A DNA stretch of 64,000 nucleotides, taken from positions 11,305-75,304 of the forward strand of contig DAOUIY010000060.1 of assembly GCA_034423215.1 (NCBI GenBank). The letters are read 5' to 3'. Source of the stretch: Dehalococcoidia bacterium. Lineage in GTDB: Bacteria > Chloroflexota > Dehalococcoidia > Lucifugimonadales > UBA3495. Positions within the stretch are counted from its first letter, which is position 1. Each line of letters opens with the position of its first letter. The notes below the pieces were generated by a model. The model was given only the letters and a program-made list of their open reading frames with translations, did not search any database and was not told the DNA's origin. Shown in pieces: positions 61,777 to 64,000 of this stretch. Position numbers and translations under genes: made by a program.

Positions 61777-62033
61777 CTAGGGCGTGTCGTAAATTGCACC
61801 GTCATTTTTGCCAAGGAAGGGAGCTTTACTGCTGCTGGTCGAGGTTCCCGCCTTCGCGGGAGCGACAAAACTATTGCCGGTCGAGGTTCCCGCCTTCGCG
61901 GGAACGACGAAACTATTGCCGGTCGAGCTTGCCGCCGGTGCGGGAACGACGAAACTATTGCCGGTCGAGGTTCCCGCCTTCGCGGGAACGACGAAACTAT
62001 TGCCGGTCGAGGTTCCCGCCTTCGCGGGAACTA
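61777..62033 (+). repeat. family B repeat (left end) expanded by a 42-bp tandem array
   Basis: ctagggcgtgtcgtaaattgcaccgtcatt..., then unit ggtcgaggttcccgccttcgcgggaacgacgaaactattgcc x ~4.7 from 61837. The third unit has a mutated hairpin. Confidence 0.85.
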
Positions 62034-62254
62034 CGGGTCAGTGGATTAGCCATCATTTCAAAAGGGTTCACCCGCCAGAGGGTCGGCAGAGGGCCCGAAG
62101 CCGCCTGGCGCCGGAAGGGGCTATACCCGCCCCGGTGATATAATTTTCCGGGGAGCCGGATGTGGGGGACGGTCCGGTCGGTCGGGCCGGGGCAAGCCGG
62201 GGCAAGCCGGGACAAGTCGGGGCAAGGGACGGGATCTAGGGAGATGAAGGCCAC

Positions 62255-63493
62255 ATGAATCTGCTGGAATCCTGGCTGGGGCAACTGGGGTTGGAAGGAC
62301 TTTTGGATATCCCGGAAGCCTGGCTGCCCCTGTCCTCACTGTCCATCTTCATCCTGTCGGTGGTGGTGGCGCTGGCATTCAACAAGCTGGCCTACCCCAT
62401 CGTGCTGAAGTTCACCAACTTTACGCCCACGGACCTGGACGTGCGGATGGTGGGGGCCTTCCGGCGGCCGCTGACGCTGGGGATAATGCTGGCCGGCCTG
62501 TACTTCTCGGTGGTCCTGTCCTTCGAAATGTCGCCGACGGCCAGGCACGTCTTTGACCACGGGTCGGGCATCCTGGGACTGACACTGGGGGTATTTGCGC
62601 TGACCGGGGCGGTATCCAACCTCTTCCAATGGTACACGGAGGAGATATCGCCGCATACGGCCTCGACGCTGGACGACCGGCTGATGCCCATGGCCCGGCG
62701 CATCGTCATGGCCCTGATTTATGCCCTGGGCGCCCTGCTGGTGCTGGACCTGCTGAACGTGAACATCAGCCCCCTGATTGCCGGGCTGGGGCTGGGGGGG
62801 CTGGCAGTGGCCCTGGCCTTGCAGCCCACCCTGTCCAACCTGTTTGCGGGGACATACGTAATGACGGAGGGGGTGGTAACCCAGGGCGACTACATTGAGC
62901 TGGAGAACGGGGTGGCGGGGTACGTGATAGACGTGGGGTGGCGGAGCACGCGGCTGCGGACGTGGACGAACAACCTGGTGGTGGTGCCGAACTCGCGGTT
63001 TGCGGAGACCATCATCACCAACTACCAGGGCCCCATTCCGGCGGTGAACATCTACCTGACCTGCGGGGTGAGCTACGACAGCGACCTGGCCCTGGTGGAG
63101 CGGGTTTGCCACGAGGAGATGGCCAGGCTGCTGGAGCGGGACGCCCGGGCGGTAAGGGAATACGGCGCCTACTTCGCCTACGAGTCCTTTGACGACTCCA
63201 ACATCACCTTTTACCTGTTCCTCCAGGCCAGGGACCGGATAGCGAGCTTCGAGGTGCAGTCGGAGCTGATACGGATGGTCCACGAGCGGTTCCGGGAAGA
63301 GGGCATAGTCATCAACTACCCCATGCGAACGATAAATTTTGTTGAGGGGGCGGGCAGTGAAACGGAGACCAAGGCAGATACCGGCGAAAGACCGAGAATA
63401 ATCCGGCAAAGGCGGGAAGCCCCGGCCTCCAATTTAGGGGATGGGGGAGACGGGCCGGACGGACCGGATGGAGCCGGCCCGGACATCGGGTAG
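62255..63493 (+). CDS. small-conductance mechanosensitive channel (MscS family)
   Basis: LIAGLGLGGLAVALALQPTLSNLFAGTYVMTEGVVTQGDYIELENGVAGYVIDVGWRSTRLRTWTNNLVVVPNS is the MscS pore helix and beta-domain signature. Confidence 0.88.
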   Translation: MNLLESWLGQLGLEGLLDIPEAWLPLSSLSIFILSVVVALAFNKLAYPIVLKFTNFTPTDLDVRMVGAFRRPLTLGIMLAGLYFSVVLSFEMSPTARHVFDHGSGILGLTLGVFALTGAVSNLFQWYTEEISPHTASTLDDRLMPMARRIVMALIYALGALLVLDLLNVNISPLIAGLGLGGLAVALALQPTLSNLFAGTYVMTEGVVTQGDYIELENGVAGYVIDVGWRSTRLRTWTNNLVVVPNSRFAETIITNYQGPIPAVNIYLTCGVSYDSDLALVERVCHEEMARLLERDARAVREYGAYFAYESFDDSNITFYLFLQARDRIASFEVQSELIRMVHERFREEGIVINYPMRTINFVEGAGSETETKADTGERPRIIRQRREAPASNLGDGGDGPDGPDGAGPDIG

Positions 63494-63804
63494 TCCAGAC
63501 CGGGTAGTCCAGTATGCGGGGCGGACGTCATTCCACGCCCTCTCCTTTCACATTTTACATCGCCTCCACTTACATCGCCTCTACCGTCATCCAGGCCCCC
63601 CCTCTTCCCACCGCCGGGCGGCCAGTGTCCGCTTCACGAAGCCCCGGACCGGCGGCCGCCGGGTGTGGGGATATTGCTCTTGAGGGGGTTAGAAGACACC
63701 GGGCAAGGCATGTACCGTTTCACTACCTTGATGGTTCAAACCTGCACGATTTCGTAACCTACCGCCATACAAGCAATCTCTCTTTCCCTCGATGGTCTTA
63801 ATAG

Positions 63805-63833
63805 TTGACAATTGGAATGAGAAGGTTTATCTT
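63805..63833 (+). promoter_or_regulatory. putative sigma70-type promoter (TTGACA-17-TATCTT)
   Basis: ttgaca 63805-63810, 17-nt spacer, tatctt 63828-63833. Lies 55 nt upstream of ATG 63889. Confidence 0.4.
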
Positions 63834-63888
63834 TCGTGAACCAATGCCAATTTGTGAGCTTACAGCAAAAACTTAAAGGAGGAGGAGC

Positions 63889-64000
63889 ATGCTTAAGATT
63901 GGGCACGAGGTAGTTCGTCCGGGTCGGAACCTGGGCGAATCCGAAGTCACTATTCCCGTCCCCGAGGAGTTGGAAACCGTACCCGGTATTCCAATGACCC
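63889..64000 (+). CDS. 5' end of an unidentified gene (runs off the window)
   Basis: AAAGGAGGAGGA RBS, then ATG; MLKIGHEVVRPGRNLGESEVTIPVPEELETVPGIPMT... stays open to the window edge. Confidence 0.5.
   Translation, partial: MLKIGHEVVRPGRNLGESEVTIPVPEELETVPGIPMT

Noticed and set aside
61837-62033. Second CRISPR-like array (42-bp period with hairpin)
   Set aside because: The same logic applies. The putative spacer (acgacgaaactattgcc) is identical in every unit, and the unit is a module of family B found dispersed elsewhere.

Overview
High-GC (hand counts of about 65-70% on sampled core-gene lines) bacterial chromosome segment, possibly Chloroflexota-like (low-confidence guess from gene content and repeat style). 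No database search was possible, so every family name comes from motifs read in the translations.

Core content:
- A conserved minus-strand block: tRNA-Thr/Tyr/Thr, tuf, rpmG, secE, nusG, rplK, rplA, rplJ, rplL.
- selB, hemW, recF, a Fur-family regulator and an MscS channel.
- A CoA-transferase / thiolase / CitE-like lyase catabolic neighbourhood.
- A five-gene signalling operon: sensor kinase, solute-binding protein and a partner-switching module.
- A DUF1800/DUF1501/NHL operon.

Most interesting accessory content:
1. A translationally coupled five-gene operon (20763-26110). It encodes an SNF2 helicase, one intact and one degenerate P-loop ATPase (BrxD/DUF2791-like from memory) and two proteins I cannot assign. 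It lies in a block with IS5 scars and is my best candidate for an undescribed defence-type system.
2. A low-GC ABC-type ATPase plus PD-(D/E)xK-like pair (7070-8595) beside the tRNA cluster.
3. A DUF433/DUF5615 toxin-antitoxin pair whose toxin 3' end is rewritten by a repeat.

Nearly every intergenic region is filled by at least six families of 130-230 bp MITE/REP-like repeats. Some are nested, some are tandemly expanded into CRISPR-mimicking arrays, and many abut stop codons. Many long antisense shadow ORFs were rejected.
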